In this document: positions 32,288-44,824 of the stretch, in pieces | Numbering within the stretch: position 1 is the first letter of the stretch | Layout of the letters: every line of letters starts with the position of its first letter | Origin: Burkholderiales bacterium | GTDB lineage: Bacteria; Pseudomonadota; Gammaproteobacteria; Burkholderiales; SHXO01 | Reading direction: 5' to 3' | NCBI GenBank assembly: GCA_046160525.1 | Contig: JBJXGQ010000191.1 | Coordinates: forward strand, 1,428-65,427 | DNA: 64,000 nucleotides | Translations under genes and position numbers: made by a program | Notes under the pieces: model-generated | Database searches by the model: none | What the model saw: the letters and a program-made list of their open reading frames with translations, nothing else | What the model was told of the DNA's origin: nothing

Positions 32288-32333
32288 TCGCCGCCTTTCG
32301 CGGCGATATGAATCCGTCTCCTGGCGGAGACGG
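32288..32333 (-). other. two short GC stem-loops in the ftsZ-lpxC spacer
   Basis: CCGTCTCC-GCCA-GGAGACGG (32314-32333) and TCGCCGC-N5-GCGGCGA (32288-32306). No U-tract, so possibly an attenuator or processing structure. Confidence 0.35.
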
Positions 32334-32344
32334 GTCTTACCTCG

Positions 32345-33502
32345 TCAGTCCGCCTGCCTTCGCAAAAACGCAGGAATATCCAAGACGTCCACACCGGATT
32401 GGCGCATGGCATTAACTGCCGCTTGCCGTTCGTTACGCCGCCGAATTAGGGCAGGTGCGTCAGGCTCGTGGAAATCCGCTACTTCGATGAGCGCGTTATC
32501 GGTGCCGGTTTTTACCACGGACAAGGGCTTGCTCTGAAGCCGGCCGACAGCGCCACCTAAACCGGTGGCAACCATGGTGACGCGAAGCTTATCCTCCATG
32601 GATTCGTCGATAACCGTGCCTACGATCACCGTTGCGTCCTCGGCCGTGAAGCCCCTAATGGCGTTCATCACGTCGTGTACTTCCTTCATCTTCAGGCTCA
32701 TGTTCGCGGTGATATTCACCAGCACGCCCCTGGCGCCCGAAAGATTGACGTCCTCTAGCAAGGGACTTGCCACGGCTTGCTGAGCCGCCGCGCGCGCGCG
32801 TTCCGCGCCCCACGCCGTGCTCGATCCCATCATGGCCATCCCCATTTCAGACATCACGGTACGCACATCGGCGAAGTCCACGTTCACCAATCCTGGGCAG
32901 TTGATCACTTCCGCGATACCAGCCACCGCGCCGTGTAGCACGCTGTTGGCAGCCCTGAAGGCGTCCAGCATGCTGATATCTTCTCCCAGAACCTGCATGA
33001 GCTTTTCGTTCGGAATGATGATCAGGGAATCCACGTGGCGCTGGAGCTCTTCGAGTCCTTCGTTGGCTAGCCGCTGGCGCTTGCCCTCGAACGCAAAGGG
33101 CTTGGTTACGACCGCAACCGTGAGAATCCCCAACTCGCGCGCCGCCTCGGCCACCACGGGTGCCGCTCCGGTTCCGGTGCCACCGCCCATACCCGCGGTC
33201 AGAAAGAGCATATCCGCGCCTTCGATCAATTCGATGATGCGCTCGCGGTCCTCCATGGCCGCGGCCCGTCCGATCTCCGGGTTGGCTCCGGCGCCCAGGC
33301 CCTTGGTTACCTCCCCGCCCAACTGCAGCAAGGTCTTGGCTTTGTTGCGCTTGAGCGCCTGGGCGTCCGTGTTGGCGCAAATGAATTCGACCCCCTGCAC
33401 CCCGGCTTCGATCATGTGGTCCACGGCATTTCCGCCGCAGCCACCCACCCCAATCACCTTGATCAACGCCTCTTGAGGCTCCGAATCCAACAATTCAAAC
33501 AT
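32345..33502 (-). CDS. ftsZ: cell division protein FtsZ
   Basis: 385 aa. GVGGCGGNAV, GMGGGTGTGAAPV and C-terminal DIPAFLRRQAD. Confidence 0.99.
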   Translation of the reverse strand: MFELLDSEPQEALIKVIGVGGCGGNAVDHMIEAGVQGVEFICANTDAQALKRNKAKTLLQLGGEVTKGLGAGANPEIGRAAAMEDRERIIELIEGADMLFLTAGMGGGTGTGAAPVVAEAARELGILTVAVVTKPFAFEGKRQRLANEGLEELQRHVDSLIIIPNEKLMQVLGEDISMLDAFRAANSVLHGAVAGIAEVINCPGLVNVDFADVRTVMSEMGMAMMGSSTAWGAERARAAAQQAVASPLLEDVNLSGARGVLVNITANMSLKMKEVHDVMNAIRGFTAEDATVIVGTVIDESMEDKLRVTMVATGLGGAVGRLQSKPLSVVKTGTDNALIEVADFHEPDAPALIRRRNERQAAVNAMRQSGVDVLDIPAFLRRQAD

Positions 33503-33552
33503 GCCAGTCTCCTTTCATAGTTGGGAACAACGCTGCTGCGATTAAGTTGCCG

Positions 33553-34782
33553 TTAAAAATTTCCTTGAAACCAAGTCCGCATCCGGTCAAACACGTGCCG
33601 GAAGGATGCTGCGTGCATTCGTACCAATTGCTGCCGTCTGTGCTGCGCAAGCCCGGATAGCAACAAACCGACGACCGTCGAATAGCGCGGATTGCGCACT
33701 ACCTCGGCCAGTCCGCCCTGGTAATTGGGCCGCGCCATGCGCACGGGCATATGGAATATTTCCTCGCCCAGTTCCACCATGCCCTGCATGGCGGCGCTGC
33801 CGCCCGTCAACACGATCCCCGAGGAAAGTAGTTCCTCGAATCCGCTGCGGCGCAATTCGGCTTGCACCAGGGAATAGAGTTCCTCCACTCGCGGTTCGAT
33901 CACCTCGGCCAGGGTCTGGCGCGAGAGCTGGCGCGAACCGCGGTCGCCCACGCTGGGCACTTCGACCATTTCTCCCGAATTGGCCATCTCGCGCAGGGCG
34001 CATCCGTGGCGCTGCTTGATTTCTTCCGCCTCCTTGGTGGGCGTGCGCAAGGCCATGGCGATGTCGCTGGTGATCTGGTCCCCCGCGATGGGGATCACCG
34101 CCGTATGCCGGATGGCGCCCTGGGTGAACACCGCGATGTCGGTGGTGCCCCCGCCGATGTCCACCAAACATACGCCAAGGTCCTTCTCATCCTCGGACAG
34201 TACCGCCATGGCGGAGGCCAAGGGTTGGAGAATCAGATCCTCAACCTCCAGGCCGCAGCGGCGTACGCACTTCATGATGTTTTGCGCAGCCGCCACCGCG
34301 CCGGTCACGATGTGCACCTTCACCTCCAAGCGCACGCCTGCCATCCCCAAGGGTTCGCGCACATCCTCCTGCCCGTCGATGATGAATTCCTGGGTGAGGA
34401 TGTGGAGAATCTGCTGGTCCGTGGGAATGTTGACGGCCTTGGCGGTTTCCACCACGCGGTCCACGTCGAACTGCGATACCTCACGCTCCTTGATGGCCAC
34501 CATGCCATGGGAATTGAAACTCTTGATGTGGCTTCCCGCGATGCCGGTGTAGACCTCCTTGATCTTGCAATCGGCCATCAACTCGGCTTCTTCCAGCGCA
34601 CGCTGAATCGCGGTGACGGTGGACTCGATGTTCACCACGACGCCTTTTTTCAGGCCGCGAGAATGACTCACACCGAACCCGATGACGTCATAGCCGCCAT
34701 CGTCCTTGAGCTCCGCCACCATCGCCACCACCTTGGAGGTGCCAACGTCCAATCCAACGATGAGATTCTTGCTTTCCTTCAC
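33553..34782 (-). CDS. ftsA: cell division protein FtsA
   Basis: 409 aa. Actin-like ATPase, VGLDVGTSKVVAMV and DIGGGTTDIAVF. Confidence 0.98.
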   Translation of the reverse strand: MKESKNLIVGLDVGTSKVVAMVAELKDDGGYDVIGFGVSHSRGLKKGVVVNIESTVTAIQRALEEAELMADCKIKEVYTGIAGSHIKSFNSHGMVAIKEREVSQFDVDRVVETAKAVNIPTDQQILHILTQEFIIDGQEDVREPLGMAGVRLEVKVHIVTGAVAAAQNIMKCVRRCGLEVEDLILQPLASAMAVLSEDEKDLGVCLVDIGGGTTDIAVFTQGAIRHTAVIPIAGDQITSDIAMALRTPTKEAEEIKQRHGCALREMANSGEMVEVPSVGDRGSRQLSRQTLAEVIEPRVEELYSLVQAELRRSGFEELLSSGIVLTGGSAAMQGMVELGEEIFHMPVRMARPNYQGGLAEVVRNPRYSTVVGLLLSGLAQHRRQQLVRMHAASFRHVFDRMRTWFQGNF

Positions 34783-34825
34783 CGCGCTTTCGCCTGCATT
34801 AAGATTTTTCCTGGCACGCCCGCCC

Positions 34826-35563
34826 CTACGCCTTGTGGCCTAGTTGTACTGCGAATCCGTTCTGGTAGCGCAAGTCCACTCGCTTGGGCTGCGCCTTGAG
34901 ATTCGCAAGCGCCAGGGCGTAAGCCGGTACAAAGCGTGCGAGGCGTGCCTGGTAGTCTTCGCGCCCCAGCTCCAGCACCAGGCCGTCGTCCAGGTTCAAG
35001 GTCCATGCGCGCCGTTCGCTTAACTTGATTTCCTGGACTCGCCGCGAAAGGGGCTTGAGAGCCTCATTGAATTCGTGGAACCGCTGAGTGACCTCGGCGG
35101 AGGAGCCCTCCGGGCCGCGGAACACCGGGAGCATGCGGTCGCTCGCCGCTTCGTAGATTTCTCCGAAGGAATTCACCAGCGCGTGCTCTCCCCAGCGTGC
35201 CAGCACGTCGTGTTCCTCGATGGAGACATCCAGGCGGCCGGGCCATACCCTGCGTACCGTGGCGGAGCGTACCCAGGGCAAGAGCAAGAAAGAATCTCGC
35301 AGCCGCCCGAGATCGAAGGTGAAGAAATTCCCTCTGAAGTTTGAATTAAGTAGCGCGCCAACTTGTTCTTGCGATGTGTGGAGGACTCCGCCTTGTATCT
35401 GCACTTCCCGCAAAGGGAAGACCGGTAAGCGCACCACGAAGATGACGAGAGCATACAACGAGAGCAGCACAAATAAAAGCCGCAAAAGGCTTGAAATGCG
35501 ATTTAATTTTTGGGGGTCATCCCACACGCGCCAGCTCCAGGATGCGCAGTACCAATTCGCCAA
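34826..35563 (-). CDS. ftsQ: cell division protein FtsQ
   Basis: 245 aa. TM helix then POTRA ([10 protein letters not shown]). Start uncertain; an alternative GTG lies at 35527. Confidence 0.88.
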   Translation of the reverse strand: MANWYCASWSWRVWDDPQKLNRISSLLRLLFVLLSLYALVIFVVRLPVFPLREVQIQGGVLHTSQEQVGALLNSNFRGNFFTFDLGRLRDSFLLLPWVRSATVRRVWPGRLDVSIEEHDVLARWGEHALVNSFGEIYEAASDRMLPVFRGPEGSSAEVTQRFHEFNEALKPLSRRVQEIKLSERRAWTLNLDDGLVLELGREDYQARLARFVPAYALALANLKAQPKRVDLRYQNGFAVQLGHKA

Positions 35564-36443
35564 AGGATATGTCCACGGCCTTTGCCGCCATGGGCACCAA
35601 ACTATGCCCGGTCATACCAGGCGAAGTGTTGATTTCCAGCAACGCGTAGCTACCGCCGGCGCGCAAAATTAGATCGGCGCGTCCCCATCCGCGGCAATCC
35701 AGCACATGGGCCGATCGCATCACCGTATCTTGGATTTCTTTCTCCTGCTTCGGCGGCAGTCCGCTCGGGCAGTGGTAGCGGGTCTCGTCGCTGAAATATT
35801 TGTTGTGATAATCGTAGTTGCCCTGCGGCGCCTCGATGCGAACCAAGGGCAAGGCACGCTCGCCCAGGAAGGCGGCGGTCAGTTCGACGCCTTCCACGAA
35901 CTCTTCGGCGAGCACCAGCGGATCGTGGCGGGCGGCCGCACGATAGGCTTCCTCCAATTGGTCCGCGCCGGTCACCTTGGTCAGGCCAATGGTGGAACCT
36001 TCGCGCGCCGGTTTCACGATGAGAGGAAGGCCCAACTTCTTCGCCACGGCGTTCCAGTCGCTCTTCGAAGAGAGCACTTCCCAGCGCGGCGTGGGCAACC
36101 CGGCCGCCACCCACACCATCTTGGTTCGAACTTTATCCATGCACAAGGCAGAGGCCATGACGCCGCTCCCGGTATAGGGAATACCCAACAACTCCAGGGC
36201 ACCTTGCACGGTGCCATCTTCTCCATAGCGGCCATGCAGCGCGATAAAAACACGCTCGAATTTCTCGGTCTTCAGTTCGTGCAAGCCCCGCTGCGCGGGA
36301 TCGAAGGCGTGGGCATCCACGCCCGCACTCTTCAATGCCGCCAGTACGGCGTTGCCGGACAACAGGGAAATTTCTCGTTCGGCGGATTTCCCGCCAAACA
36401 GCACCGCAACCTTACCAAAGTCATTCGCCCCCGTGGACGTCAT
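35517..36443 (-). CDS. ddl: D-alanine--D-alanine ligase
   Basis: 308 aa. [22 protein letters not shown]-grasp fold, EINTSPGMT. Confidence 0.97.
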   Translation of the reverse strand: MTSTGANDFGKVAVLFGGKSAEREISLLSGNAVLAALKSAGVDAHAFDPAQRGLHELKTEKFERVFIALHGRYGEDGTVQGALELLGIPYTGSGVMASALCMDKVRTKMVWVAAGLPTPRWEVLSSKSDWNAVAKKLGLPLIVKPAREGSTIGLTKVTGADQLEEAYRAAARHDPLVLAEEFVEGVELTAAFLGERALPLVRIEAPQGNYDYHNKYFSDETRYHCPSGLPPKQEKEIQDTVMRSAHVLDCRGWGRADLILRAGGSYALLEINTSPGMTGHSLVPMAAKAVDISFGELVLRILELARVG

Positions 36444-37363
36444 GTCCTCTCTCCGATAATTCGCACTTCGCGCTCCAGTTCCACGCCATGTTTTGCCCTC
36501 ACCGTTGCGCGCACCTCCTCGATGAGACCTTCGATATCCGCGGCGCTGGCGCGATCCGTGTTGACGATGAAATTGGCGTGCTTGCGCGAGACCTGGGCAC
36601 CGCCGCGACGCCTGCCCTTCAATCCGCAGGATTCGATCAAGCGCGCGGCAAAATCTCCCGGCGGATTACGAAACACAGACCCCGCGTTGGGTAAGTCCAA
36701 CGGTTGCGAGGCGATACGGCGCTGTAAAAGCTCCTTCATGCGGCCGCGCGAGCGCTGACCATCGCCCTTTGAAATGCGCAGCCACGCCGCGGCAAACCAT
36801 TCCTCGCCGCCAAAGCGAGGGACCACGGTGCGATAACCGATCTGGAAATCCTCGCGCGTGCGCATTCTCAACTCGCCATCGCGGCCCAAGGCCAGCACGC
36901 GCTCCACCACCTCCCAGGTTTCCGAGCCATAGCAACCCGCATTCATGGCAAGGGCGCCACCGAGGGTCCCGGGAATCCCGGCGAGAAATTCAGCACCCTC
37001 GAAATCATGCATGGCGGCAAAACGCGCCACCTTGGGGCTCGCCACGCCTGCTTGCGCGTAAATGAGCGACGGATCCTCCGCATCGAGCGCCAGTTCCCGC
37101 AAGGCCCAATGGGTGAACACCACGGTCCCGCGTAGCCCGCCATCACGCACCAGGAGATTGCTGCCCAGGCCCACGAAGTACACGGGTTCATCGCGCGGAA
37201 TTGTGCAAATGAAACGCTGCAAATCGGCGAGGTCTTTGGCCAAGTAGGCGCGATCGGCTGTTCCGCCCGCGCGCCAGCTGGTGTGGCGGTGCATGGGTTC
37301 GCGCAGGCGAAAATCGCCGGCCAGTCCGTGTGCCGAGATTTGTTCGATTTCCGCCATGTTCAT
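36440..37363 (-). CDS. murB: UDP-N-acetylenolpyruvoylglucosamine reductase
   Basis: 307 aa. FAD-binding LGLGSNLLV and [14 protein letters not shown]. Confidence 0.96.
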   Translation of the reverse strand: MNMAEIEQISAHGLAGDFRLREPMHRHTSWRAGGTADRAYLAKDLADLQRFICTIPRDEPVYFVGLGSNLLVRDGGLRGTVVFTHWALRELALDAEDPSLIYAQAGVASPKVARFAAMHDFEGAEFLAGIPGTLGGALAMNAGCYGSETWEVVERVLALGRDGELRMRTREDFQIGYRTVVPRFGGEEWFAAAWLRISKGDGQRSRGRMKELLQRRIASQPLDLPNAGSVFRNPPGDFAARLIESCGLKGRRRGGAQVSRKHANFIVNTDRASAADIEGLIEEVRATVRAKHGVELEREVRIIGERT

Positions 37364-38781
37364 GCAGCCTCCCGTGTCACCGGTTGGGCTAGCAACCCCG
37401 GCACGGCGCCGATGGAGCCCGCGCCCATGATGACCACGACATCGCCTGGTTGCGCGGCGGCGGTGATGGCGCCGGGGAGTTCGCTCACCTGCTCCACGAA
37501 TACCGGTTCGACTTTGCCCGCCACGCGCAGGGCTCGCGCCAGCGCACGGCTATCGGCCGCGACAATGGGCGATTCGCCTGCCGCGTAGACTTCGGCCAGC
37601 AACAACCCATCAGCGGTGGAGAGCACCTTCACGAAATCCTCGAAGCAATCGCGCGTACGCGTGTAGCGATGAGGCTGAAAGGCCAGCAACAGCCGGCGTC
37701 CCGGAAAAGCGCCGCGGGCCGCGGCCAAGGTTGCGGCCATTTCCACGGGATGATGGCCGTAATCGTCGATCAAGGTGTAGTGCCCCCCGCCCGGCAACGC
37801 AATCTCGCCATAGCGCTGGAAGCGCCGGCCCACACCCTTGAACTCCGCCAAGGCCTTTGCAATCTTGTCCGCCGAAACGCCCAATTCCACCGCCACGGCG
37901 ATGGCGGCCAAGGCATTTTGCACGTTGTGCACGCCGGGCAAATTGAGCGTGACCGGAAAGCGCTGTTCGACGGGACCGCCGGGCCGGTCGGAGCGTATCT
38001 CCACGTCAAAGTGCATGCACAACCCGCTGGCCTTGATGCCGGTCGCGCGCACTTGCGCGTGTTCGCTCAAGCCATAGGTCACCATGGGTTTGGCGATGAG
38101 CGGAACCAGGCTACGCACATTCGCATCATCCACGCACAGGACCGCCACGCCATAGAAAGGCAGGCGCTGGATAAATTCGAGAAAAGCCTGGCGCAGCCGG
38201 CTGAAGTCGTGGCCGTAGGTTTCCATGTGATCCGCGTCGATGTTGGTCACCACCGACAACGCAGGCTGCAGATACAGGAACGAGGCATCGGACTCGTCCG
38301 CCTCTACTACGATGAACTCTCCCGTACCCAAACGCGCGTGAGCGCCGGCCGCCTCCAACCGCCCGCCGATGACGAAGGTTGGATCCAAACCGCCTTCAGC
38401 CAGCACACTCGCGATCAAGCTGGTAGTCGTGGTCTTGCCGTGGGTGCCCGCCACCGCCACGCCCTGCTTCAACCGCATAAGCTCCGCCAGCATCAACGCC
38501 CGCGGCACCACGGGAATTCGGTGGGCGCGCGCGGCGTTTACTTCCGGATTATCGTTCTTGACCGCCGTGGACACCACGATAGCGTCGGCCCCTTTAATGT
38601 GGGCGATATCATGGCCGCGGTACACATGGGCACCCAATCTTCGCAAGCGCTCGGTTGCGGCGTTTTCGCCCAGATCCGAACCGCTGATGCGGTAACCCAA
38701 ATTGAGCAGCACCTCCGCGATGCCGCTCATGCCAGCACCGCCGATTCCAACGAAGTGAACGTGCTTGACCTTGTGCTTCAT
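37360..38781 (-). CDS. murC: UDP-N-acetylmuramate--L-alanine ligase
   Basis: Starts [23 protein letters not shown] at the ATG at 38781 (ATGA overlap with the murG stop). GTHGKTTT. Confidence 0.97.
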   Translation of the reverse strand: MKHKVKHVHFVGIGGAGMSGIAEVLLNLGYRISGSDLGENAATERLRRLGAHVYRGHDIAHIKGADAIVVSTAVKNDNPEVNAARAHRIPVVPRALMLAELMRLKQGVAVAGTHGKTTTTSLIASVLAEGGLDPTFVIGGRLEAAGAHARLGTGEFIVVEADESDASFLYLQPALSVVTNIDADHMETYGHDFSRLRQAFLEFIQRLPFYGVAVLCVDDANVRSLVPLIAKPMVTYGLSEHAQVRATGIKASGLCMHFDVEIRSDRPGGPVEQRFPVTLNLPGVHNVQNALAAIAVAVELGVSADKIAKALAEFKGVGRRFQRYGEIALPGGGHYTLIDDYGHHPVEMAATLAAARGAFPGRRLLLAFQPHRYTRTRDCFEDFVKVLSTADGLLLAEVYAAGESPIVAADSRALARALRVAGKVEPVFVEQVSELPGAITAAAQPGDVVVIMGAGSIGAVPGLLAQPVTREAA

Positions 38782-39839
38782 GCGGCCAGGGCCTCGCATA
38801 CTTGCGCCACGTCCTGGGTCGCTTGCGGGCGCGCCAGTTCGCGTGCACGTTGCGCCATGCCGAGCAATTTCTCGCGGCTAAAACTCATCAGCAGATCGGC
38901 CAGCTTCTTGGGCGCGAGTTCAGGCTGCGGCAGCAATATGGCCGCGCCGGCCTTCTCCAGGAAACGCGCATTGTGGGTCTGGTGGTCGTCCACCGCATGA
39001 GGAAACGGTACGAGCACGCTGGCGACTCCAGCAGCCGCCAATTCGGCGCAAGTCAGAGCACCCGCCCGGCAGATCACCAAATCGCATTCGCCATAAGCTT
39101 TCGCCATGTCTGCGATGAAGTCCACGGCCTCGCCTTGAACCTGTGCGCGGGCGTAGGCCGCGCGCAATTCGTCAATGTGCTTTTTGCCTGCTTGATGAAC
39201 CACCAGCGGGCGCTGGGTCTGCGCAATCATGGACAAGGATTGCGGCACTGTCTCGTTGAGAGCCTGGGCTCCGAGACTGCCGCCTACCACCAGGATGCGC
39301 AGTGGCCCCTGGCGTAATCCGTAGCGCTGCTCCGGTGGCGGCAGCGCTTGGATCTCCGCGCGCACCGGATTGCCGGTCCATTGCGCCTTTTTCAACACGC
39401 CCGGGAATCCGCTCAACACACGATCGGCAACGTGCGCGAGCGTGCGGTTGGCCAATCCCGCGATGGCGTTCTGTTCATGAATCACCAGCGGCCGGTTGAG
39501 CAATGAGGCCATCATTGCGCCAGGGAAGGAAACATAACCGCCCATGCCCAGTACCACGTTAGGACGAATCCGAAAAATCGCTTTTGCACACTGCCAGAAG
39601 GCGATCAACAAGTTCAGGGGCAGCAGTGCGAAACTCGCGAAACCTTTACCCCGTAATCCAGAGAAACGTACCCAAGCCATTTCATAACCATGCTGCGGGA
39701 CCAGCGTTGCCTCCATGCCGGTCTTGGCGCCTAACCACACCACGCGCCAGCCCTTGTCTCGCAAGTGGCTGGCCACGGCCAGGGCGGGAAACACATGGCC
39801 GCCCGTACCTCCCGCCATGATGAGGAGGGTTCGGGTCAT
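38778..39839 (-). CDS. murG: undecaprenyldiphospho-muramoylpentapeptide beta-N-acetylglucosaminyltransferase
   Basis: Starts [23 protein letters not shown] at 39839 (4-nt overlap with ftsW). The track start 39905 adds non-conserved residues. Confidence 0.96.
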   Translation of the reverse strand: MTRTLLIMAGGTGGHVFPALAVASHLRDKGWRVVWLGAKTGMEATLVPQHGYEMAWVRFSGLRGKGFASFALLPLNLLIAFWQCAKAIFRIRPNVVLGMGGYVSFPGAMMASLLNRPLVIHEQNAIAGLANRTLAHVADRVLSGFPGVLKKAQWTGNPVRAEIQALPPPEQRYGLRQGPLRILVVGGSLGAQALNETVPQSLSMIAQTQRPLVVHQAGKKHIDELRAAYARAQVQGEAVDFIADMAKAYGECDLVICRAGALTCAELAAAGVASVLVPFPHAVDDHQTHNARFLEKAGAAILLPQPELAPKKLADLLMSFSREKLLGMAQRARELARPQATQDVAQVCEALAA

Positions 39840-40999
39840 AAGGAACGGCCTCGCATGAGCTGGCGGTTTTCGTAATCCACGCGTAGCACGAGGGCAAGCG
39901 CGCAACAGTTGGCCGCCAACCCGCTACCTCCGAAACTCAAGAATGGCAGCGTCAAACCCTTGGTGGGCAACACACCTAAGTTCACGCCCATGTTGATGAC
40001 CGCTTGGACCCCCAGCCAAATGGCGGTGCCTTGCGCCACCAAGGCCGAAAAATAACGTTCGAGTTGCGCCGCTTGCGAACCGATGGCGAAGGCACGCCAC
40101 ACCATGGCAGCGAACAGCGCGACTACCACCAGCACACCGACGAAGCCCAGCTCTTCTCCGATCACCGCCAATAGAAAATCCGTGTGGGCCTCGGGCAGAT
40201 AAAACAGCTTTTCCACGCTCGCGCCCAAACCCACACCCAACCATTCACCGCGCCCGAAGGCGATGAGCGCATGGCTCAATTGATAACCCTTTCCGAAGTA
40301 GTCCTTGAAGGGATCCCAAAATCCCACCATGCGCTGCAAGCGGTAAGGCGATGTAAGAGCCACGACGAATAGGCCCGCCACCAAGAACACGGAAAGCGAG
40401 GCGAACAAGCGCCAGTTCATGCCACCCAGAAACAGTATGCCCATGGCGATTGCTGCGATGACGGCCAGGGCACCGAAGTCCGGCTGCATGAGCAAGAGCA
40501 CTCCCACGGCGAACATCACCGAAAACATCGGCAGAAAGCCTCTTCTCAAGCTGTGCATCCACGCCGCCTTGCGCACGGTGTAATCGGCGGCATAGAGGAC
40601 CACGAATAGTTTCATCAATTCGGAGGGCTGTAGGTTGATCACGCCCAAGGGTAGCCAGCGCCGGCTGCCATTGACCTCCTTGCCGATGAAAGGCACCAAC
40701 ACGACCACCAGGAGCATGCCGGCGAAGACGAATAGATAGGGCGCGGCCTTTTGCCAGTAGCGCATCGGCATTTGAAACACCATGTAGGCCGCCAAGGCGC
40801 CGATGGCCACGAAGAAGGATTGCCGGATCAAATAAAACTGCGGGTGATATCCCGTGCCGCGGGCGGCTTCGGCGATGGCGATGGAGGCGGAGTAGACCAT
40901 CACCATGCCGATACCCAGCAGGAGAATCGCTATCCATAACAAGCCCTCGTCGATCACGCCTTGGTCATTACGCAAGAAGCGCCGGAAGATATTCCTCAC
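39836..40999 (-). CDS. ftsW: peptidoglycan glycosyltransferase / lipid II flippase FtsW (SEDS)
   Basis: 387 aa polytopic. LQPSELMKL and [10 protein letters not shown] motifs. Confidence 0.95.
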   Translation of the reverse strand: MRNIFRRFLRNDQGVIDEGLLWIAILLLGIGMVMVYSASIAIAEAARGTGYHPQFYLIRQSFFVAIGALAAYMVFQMPMRYWQKAAPYLFVFAGMLLVVVLVPFIGKEVNGSRRWLPLGVINLQPSELMKLFVVLYAADYTVRKAAWMHSLRRGFLPMFSVMFAVGVLLLMQPDFGALAVIAAIAMGILFLGGMNWRLFASLSVFLVAGLFVVALTSPYRLQRMVGFWDPFKDYFGKGYQLSHALIAFGRGEWLGVGLGASVEKLFYLPEAHTDFLLAVIGEELGFVGVLVVVALFAAMVWRAFAIGSQAAQLERYFSALVAQGTAIWLGVQAVINMGVNLGVLPTKGLTLPFLSFGGSGLAANCCALALVLRVDYENRQLMRGRSL

Positions 41000-42360
41000 C
41001 GCGCCTCCAAACGCCGCACCGCTTCGGCGTAGACCTGTGCGCGATGCTCATAGTCGCGAAACATATCGAAGCTGGCGCACGCCGGGGAAAGTAACACTGC
41101 GTCGCCTTCCCGCGCCGCTTCATAGGCCACTGTCACCGCTTCTTCCATGCTCATGGCACGCATGAGGGGAACGCCGCTGCCTTGAAGCACCGCTTCGATG
41201 CGCCCGGCATCGCGCCCGATCAGTACCACCGCGCGCGCTCGGTCACGCACTGGCTTTTGCAGCGGCGAGAATTCCTGGCCCTTGCCATCTCCCCCGGCGA
41301 TGAGCACCGTGGGCTGGGTAAAACCCGACAGCGCGGCCACCGTGGCACCGACGTTGGTGCCCTTGGAGTCATCGAAGAAACTCACGCCGTTAATCTCTGC
41401 GATTTTCTGCACGCGGTGGGGCAGTCCTTGGAATTCGCGCAAGGTGGCGAGCAAAGGTTCGTAGGGAAGTCCAATTCCGCGGCACAGAGCGAGCGCGGCC
41501 AGCGCATTGGCGGCATTGTGCATACCGGCAAGCCGCATGCCGCTCACTGGAAACAACCGCCGGCCTCCCTCTGCGAGCCATGCAGCGGATTGGTCCGTGT
41601 GAATTCCCCATTCGTTTGAGCCGCGAGGAGCATCCAATCCAAAACTGGAGACGCGCCTGCCGGGTTGCGCCATGCGCGAGCACAGGGGATCCTGGCGATT
41701 GATGACTTGCACGCCAGTTCCGCGAAAAATTCGCTCCTTCGCGGCAGCGTAATCCGCCATGCCGTCGTAACGGTCCAGATGGTCTTCACTCAGGTTAAGA
41801 CAGGCGGCCGCCGCGGCGTTCAGGGAAGCGGTCGTCTCCAATTGGAAGCTGGAGAGTTCCAGCACGAAAACGCCAGGTTTGGAGGTGCGCGCTTGGGCCA
41901 AGGCGTCGAGCACCGGAATCCCAATGTTACCCGCGACCACGGTGTTCATTCCGGCATTACGGCACATGGCGCCAGCCAATTCCGTAACGGTGCTCTTGCC
42001 GTTGGAACCGGTGATGGCAAGCACCGGCGCGGGTGCGAGACTTGGTTGCGCCTGCGCGAAAAGCTCCACATCCCCCACCACGGGAATACCCGCGGCCGCG
42101 GATTTGCGTACGAGAGGCTCGGAGATAGGCACTCCCGGACTCACGGCCAGCAAATCCACACCCTCGAAAGACGGCGGCGAAAACGGCCCGCTTGCCAAGC
42201 CCACATCCGGATAGTGCGTCTGGAGCTGCTCCGCGTTGGGAGGGTCGCGCCGCGTATCGGCCACGCGCACCTGCGCACCGGCTGCCTTAAGCCAGCGCAC
42301 CATGGACATTCCAGTCATCCCCAGTCCCAAAACCAAGGTCCGTTTCCCCGCCAAATTCAT
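40996..42360 (-). CDS. murD: UDP-N-acetylmuramoylalanine--D-glutamate ligase
   Basis: Conserved protein begins [24 protein letters not shown] at the ATG at 42360. [10 protein letters not shown]. The track ORF's extra 119 N-terminal codons overlap mraY and are Arg/Gly-rich. Confidence 0.96.
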   Translation of the reverse strand: MNLAGKRTLVLGLGMTGMSMVRWLKAAGAQVRVADTRRDPPNAEQLQTHYPDVGLASGPFSPPSFEGVDLLAVSPGVPISEPLVRKSAAAGIPVVGDVELFAQAQPSLAPAPVLAITGSNGKSTVTELAGAMCRNAGMNTVVAGNIGIPVLDALAQARTSKPGVFVLELSSFQLETTASLNAAAAACLNLSEDHLDRYDGMADYAAAKERIFRGTGVQVINRQDPLCSRMAQPGRRVSSFGLDAPRGSNEWGIHTDQSAAWLAEGGRRLFPVSGMRLAGMHNAANALAALALCRGIGLPYEPLLATLREFQGLPHRVQKIAEINGVSFFDDSKGTNVGATVAALSGFTQPTVLIAGGDGKGQEFSPLQKPVRDRARAVVLIGRDAGRIEAVLQGSGVPLMRAMSMEEAVTVAYEAAREGDAVLLSPACASFDMFRDYEHRAQVYAEAVRRLEAR

Positions 42361-43445
42361 CAACGCAGTTTCAAAGTCGAGAGTCCCACCAGCACCAGCA
42401 TCATGGAAATAATCCAGAAGCGCACCACCACCTGGTTTTCTTTCCAGCCCTTGAGTTCGTAGTGGTGGTGAATCGGCGCCATTCGGAACATGCGCTTGCC
42501 CGTCAGCTTGAAGGATGCCACCTGCAACATCACCGAAACGGTCTCGGCGACGAACACTCCGCCCATGATGAAGAGCACGATCTCCTGGCGCACGATCACC
42601 GCGATTGCCCCTAGGCCGGCGCCCAAGGCGAGCGCGCCCACGTCTCCCATGAATACTTCCGCCGGATAGGCGTTGAACCATAGAAAGCCAAGCCCCGCGC
42701 CGGCAATGCCAGCGCATATGATGGCGAGCTCTCCCGCGCCCGGGATGTAAGGAAATCCAAGATATTTGGAAAACACCGCGTTACCCGCCACGTAGGCAAA
42801 TATGCCCAGCGCGCTTCCGACCATCACGGTGGGTAGGATGGCAAGGCCATCCAGACCGTCGGTGAGATTGACGGCGTTGCTCGTTCCCACGATGACGAAG
42901 TAAGTCATGCCGATGAACCCCACCACGCCCAGCGGATAGGCCACCTGCTTGAAGAAAGGCACGATGAATTCCTTTTGCGCCGGCAAATCGGCGCTGAAGG
43001 CGATGAAGGCCGCCGCCGTGAATCCCACCATCGATTGCCAGAAGAGCTTGGAGCGCGCGGGCATCCCCTTCGGATTGCGGTGCACGACCTTCTTATAGTC
43101 GTCCACCCAGCCTATGGCGCCGAAGCCCAGAATCACGGCCAGCACCACCCACACGAAGCGGTTGCTCAGATCCGCCCACAGCAGGGTGGTAATGCCAATG
43201 GAAACCAAGATCAGTGCACCGCCCATCGTCGGCGTACCCGCCTTGGCCAAATGGGTTTGCGGCCCATCGTCGCGCACCGACTGCCCGATCTTGTAGGCGG
43301 TGAGCTTGCGAATCATGGCAGGGCCCACAAAGAAGGAGATCAGCAACGCCGTCATGGTGGCGAGCACCGCCCTCAACGTAATGTACTGAAACACATTGAA
43401 GGCACGCACGTCCTGCCCTAACCACTGCGCCAGCCATAGCAACAT
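42360..43445 (-). CDS. mraY: phospho-N-acetylmuramoyl-pentapeptide transferase
   Basis: 361 aa. [22 protein letters not shown] and [11 protein letters not shown]. Confidence 0.98.
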   Translation of the reverse strand: MLLWLAQWLGQDVRAFNVFQYITLRAVLATMTALLISFFVGPAMIRKLTAYKIGQSVRDDGPQTHLAKAGTPTMGGALILVSIGITTLLWADLSNRFVWVVLAVILGFGAIGWVDDYKKVVHRNPKGMPARSKLFWQSMVGFTAAAFIAFSADLPAQKEFIVPFFKQVAYPLGVVGFIGMTYFVIVGTSNAVNLTDGLDGLAILPTVMVGSALGIFAYVAGNAVFSKYLGFPYIPGAGELAIICAGIAGAGLGFLWFNAYPAEVFMGDVGALALGAGLGAIAVIVRQEIVLFIMGGVFVAETVSVMLQVASFKLTGKRMFRMAPIHHHYELKGWKENQVVVRFWIISMMLVLVGLSTLKLR

Positions 43446-44824
43446 TAGGTGCGCCCTCCCGCGGCGAACGCCGCATCCTCACCCAAAGCCTCGACCACTC
43501 TTTCCATACGCATGAAACGAGAACCTTTCACCAGTACCGTCGTGTTAGAAGTAAGTTCGGCGCGCACCGCCGCCACCAGATCGCCCAGCTCGCGAAAATG
43601 GCGCGCGCCTTGGCCATAGGCTTCGCTCGCATGGGCGCTCGCCTCTCCCAAGGTGTACATGCGATCAAGCCCCGCCGCCTTGGCGGCCTGTCCGGCTTCG
43701 CGGTGCAAGGACACCGACAGCGCGCCCAATTCGCCCAGATCGCCGAGTACGAGCACGCGCTCGCCTTGGCATTGGGCGAGCACATCGATGGCCGCCTTCA
43801 CGGAGTCCGGGTTGGCGTTATAGGTGTCGTCGATGATCGCCGCCCCCCCCGCGCCACGCTTACCTTGCAAGCGGCCTTTGACTCCTTGATAACGAGCCAG
43901 ACCAGTGCGCATTGCTTCGGCGGGCACTTCAAGCGCACAAGCCACCGCCACGGCCGCCAGCGCGTTCATGGCGTTGTGCCGGCCTGGGGCTTGCACCTCC
44001 ACCGGGAAATTCTCTTGGCCCATGCTGGCTTGCATTCGAACAAGCGGGGATAAAGCACTCACCTTCGCCGTGACGGCTGCCTTCGCATCCAAGGCAAATT
44101 CCACCACGCGCCGCGCGCCGAGGAGACCGCGCCAATAGCCGGCAAAATCATCATCCGCATTGATGATGGCCACTCCTTCTTTGTCCAGGCCCTCGAAAAT
44201 TTCCCCCTTGGCTTGCGCGATGGCTTGCCGCGACCCCAGTTCACCTATATGGGCGGTGCCTGCATTGTTGATCAGGGCTACGCTTGGGTGCGCAAGCCCA
44301 GTGAGGTAGGAGATCTCGCCCAGATGATTCATCCCCATCTCGATCACCGCGTAGCGATGCTGAGCGCGCAGGCGCAAGAGCATCTGGGGCATGCCGATAT
44401 CGTTGTTGAGGTTTCCCGTCGTGGCCAGCACCGCATCCGCACCCGCGTGGGCACGCAGGATGGCCGCGATCATTTCCTTGACGGTCGTCTTGCCGTTGCT
44501 CCCAGTCACCGCGACCAGTGTGCCGTGCCATTGCGCGCGCCAGTGGGCCGCTAAACGGCCCAGCGCCAAGCGCGTATCGGCCACGACGACGAGTGGACGC
44601 GCATCGGTTTGCGCCGCGCCTTGTGCATCGACGATAGCGCCCGCAGCACCTGCGCCCAGCGCATCGGCCACGAAGGCGTGCCCGTCGAAGCGCTCGCCAC
44701 GGATGGCCACCAGCAGATCGCCCGCGTTCATCTGGCGGCTATCGGTCGTTACACCGCCGAAGCGCGCGTTCTCGCCGAGTAATTGTCCGTTCAGTGCCCC
44801 CGCAGCTTCTTTGAGATCAAGCAT
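43445..44824 (-). CDS. murF: UDP-N-acetylmuramoyl-tripeptide--D-alanyl-D-alanine ligase
   Basis: 459 aa. [13 protein letters not shown] and [10 protein letters not shown]. Confidence 0.96.
   Translation of the reverse strand: MLDLKEAAGALNGQLLGENARFGGVTTDSRQMNAGDLLVAIRGERFDGHAFVADALGAGAAGAIVDAQGAAQTDARPLVVVADTRLALGRLAAHWRAQWHGTLVAVTGSNGKTTVKEMIAAILRAHAGADAVLATTGNLNNDIGMPQMLLRLRAQHRYAVIEMGMNHLGEISYLTGLAHPSVALINNAGTAHIGELGSRQAIAQAKGEIFEGLDKEGVAIINADDDFAGYWRGLLGARRVVEFALDAKAAVTAKVSALSPLVRMQASMGQENFPVEVQAPGRHNAMNALAAVAVACALEVPAEAMRTGLARYQGVKGRLQGKRGAGGAAIIDDTYNANPDSVKAAIDVLAQCQGERVLVLGDLGELGALSVSLHREAGQAAKAAGLDRMYTLGEASAHASEAYGQGARHFRELGDLVAAVRAELTSNTTVLVKGSRFMRMERVVEALGEDAAFAAGGRT

Noticed and set aside
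33862-34899. 345-aa + strand ORF (and similar ones at 35706-36758, 16023-16976, 5000-5863, 24784-25647, 14951-15745, 58427-59095, 41665-42462, 96-854)
   Set aside because: Each is antisense to a strongly supported gene (ftsA, ddl/murB, ffh, rpoD, DUF815, hydrolase, EF-G paralog, murD, methyltransferase/DUF2934). All show the same biased composition and lack SD sequences and family motifs.
37450-39000. 516-aa ORF on the + strand, the longest unexplained ORF in the track
   Set aside because: It is entirely antisense to murC and the 3' end of murG, both of which have unmistakable conserved motifs. Its translation is Arg/Gly/Ala/His-rich low-complexity sequence with no recognisable domain. Long stop-free antisense frames are expected at this GC content.
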